Origin: the human T2T-CHM13v2.0 reference genome, Homo sapiens
Assembly (NCBI RefSeq): GCF_009914755.1
Contig: NC_060938.1
Reading direction: 5' to 3' (one strand)
Length of the DNA stretch: 64,000 nucleotides
Positions within the stretch are counted from its first letter, which is position 1; each line of letters starts with the position of its first letter. The position numbers and the translations under genes are program-made. The notes beneath the pieces are model-generated. The model did not search any database. It was not told the DNA's origin and was given only the letters and a program-made list of their open reading frames with translations. This document shows positions 61,776 through 64,000 of this stretch, piece by piece.

Positions 61776-64000
61776 CCACCGTGGTGGTATATATAAAAAT
61801 ATATATATATATACCACCGTGGTGGTATGTATAAATATATATATATATTTAAATATATATATAAATTTAATATATAACTCATTCTCACTACTTTTCTCCA
61901 CTTGAACTGCAACTGGAATCTTTGATCACACATCTTCTGGCTTTCATTTTCATTCATTAAATCAGGTTTGCTAGCACATTGGAGCATAGTAGGTGTTAAA
62001 TCGTTAGTAAATGCACGAGCTCTAAAGTACATCCTTTTTGATTATCCTTGGGCATTTTTCTCACCTATACATTCCATACATAGTAGCAATAATTATGGCA
62101 AATGTTACTGTCCTTCAAAGTGTCGTTATGTAAAAATGAACTGATTTTTAAAAGGTCTGCCTAAGTGTGAACCGAGGTCTGGAGCTATCACCTCTTCATA
62201 AGATCCCAGGTAATGCAGATTAACTTCTGTTTTGCATCTGGGTAATGTTTAATTATTTGTTGATTATTGTAGAAGTGTTTTTGGATAAAAAGCTCTTTCT
62301 CAGATTGTCTTTTACTTTGCTTTCTAAAACTAGGAGGGAAGTATAATACATGATGGGACTGAGTGTTAGTATGGACATATTGTCAAATGTTTTCATAGGG
62401 AGAACTTGGTGTACCTCATTATTTAGATTTTTTTATAACTTAAAATGTGGTATGTTTTGAACTTTTAGTTTATCAGAAAATGTTGACTTTTGATGTAATG
62501 GCTACTTCTGTAGCTACGGTGATCTTCAGCAAGTTTCACTTTCTAAACTTTTATCTTTTCTGTGCAGTGGTTGCAGGTTGTGAGGTATGGAGATACTGAG
62601 GGGTACGAGGCACTGTTTGTGGTGACATGAGAGCCACTAGCGGACAGAGACTGGGGAGAAGGATTGATCAGCTGGCGCATTAGCCCCAAGATGCAGGTGA
62701 ATTTGGGAACAGAAAGAGGGCCAAATGAGATGTTTGTGAAAATACTTTGTCGATTTAAAACATTCCTTCCAGCTCAGGTGCTGTTATGTTTAGGGAAGAT
62801 GTGCGTGTTTTCTCTTTCTAGTGGGCTATTGTTAGCTACAAGGTGACCTTGCCTCCTGCTTTGAGGGAGAAGGAAAAAGCTGGACCCACAAGACACAAAT
62901 CCCAGCAGTCTGTGGTTACTGCTGGAATGATTACTGTTCTTTATTTGTACTAATAGTTGTCTCTAAGATTGGTAACAGGAAAGTGAGAATAAGCTTACTC
63001 TCAGAAATTTTTGTTGAGGGAGTTTTGTATAATTTCTGACTATTACCACATTCCCCTTTACTTCGACCCTCTTGGTTTTGCTGTTTGCTGTGCTCTAGTT
63101 TTACCATCTAATAACCCAGCACTAAAATCTGATCTTGGGTATCAGATTCTCCTTTGTGGTTTGGTTTGTTAATAATTGAAGTACCTAATGGTTCTGGGTG
63201 TGAACTGTGCATACTTGACAATCTAGAACCAGGGAAGTGAGTTTCCTATTGAAGTAATTAATAAAACCTTGTGGCTCTTAAAAATATATAAAAACTGTTA
63301 CACAGAAATAACCAAAATGTAAACTTAACAGGATATAGTTTAATTATGTTTTTATAACATAAACCTTAAAGATAGAAGTATTTTTAAGCTTGTTGGTGTC
63401 CTGTTCCTTTCTAGTTTGGGTGTGTAGGAGTCTTTTTTATCAGGAATTTTGTTAGTGCTAATGCTGGGGTGGCTTTTTTTTTTTAAATCTATGTAAACAT
63501 GACCCTATTAGACAGCTGTGTTTAATGTAGTAAAGACTCATGGGGAGACTTTATAGTGTTTCTTGTTGGGACTTAGTGTCTGTATATTTTAGTATTTAAA
63601 GGATGTGGTTTGGTGCTTTGAAAATGAGAGGGAGGTCACCTAACTCATAGCTGAATGCCTGCGTGTCTAGATTGTTCCGTCCTGGAGGTTATTAACAACA
63701 TGAAAGTTGTTTTTATTCTAGTTAAACTGATAGTATTAAGTTAAATAACTTTATTGTGGAAGTGTTTGTTTACACATGGCTGCTGAGTAGAATTTTCCTT
63801 AAAATCTGATTACATAGGAATGTTTTAGTAAATAGAGTGCTGGAAAAAAGCTGCTACACAAGCCAGAGCCTGTTGTGCTTTGCAGAACAGTAACCAAGAT
63901 GAAGAGTGGCCTCTTTTTCTCCACCTTTTCCACCGCTCATCTCAGAGAAAGCAGGGCGCTAATCAGGTGGAGCTGCTTAATTGCATTAAGTTCATGGGCT

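Noticed and set aside
60655-62032. Three long minus-strand ORFs (374-435 aa) as protein-coding genes
   Set aside because: They are produced by a stop-free tandem repeat, with the same peptide in all frames and no gene structure.

Overview
Primate, very probably human, genomic DNA. The window holds a CpG-island promoter (about 440-1480) with a short non-coding first exon on the + strand, followed by about 63 kb of repeat-rich intron. I found no host coding exon. The intronic CHMP4B retrocopy matches CHMP4BP1, which I recall lying in intron 1 of FBXO34 on 14q22.3, so the host gene is probably FBXO34; this is inference from memory, not from coding sequence in the window. The intron contains two processed pseudogenes (RPL34 on -, CHMP4B on +), a 5'-truncated 7SL retrocopy and about 50 Alu elements or monomers. 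It also contains a solo ERV1 LTR (LTR6-like), a full two-LTR THE1D element, other MaLR/ERV1 LTRs, several MER/Tigger DNA transposons (some nested three deep), and L1/L2/MIR remnants. The most unusual structure is a minisatellite at about 61.0-61.8 kb: 22 perfect copies of a 35-bp AT-rich unit, each a near-perfect palindrome. Almost all ORFs in the track are repeat or GC-content artefacts. I found no convincing multi-gene novel system. The best leads are the palindromic VNTR, the rewired CHMP4B retro-ORF with its CpG-rich 5' end, and a near-zero-spacer inverted Alu palindrome. Repeat subfamily names come from recalled consensus sequences and need RepeatMasker/Dfam confirmation.
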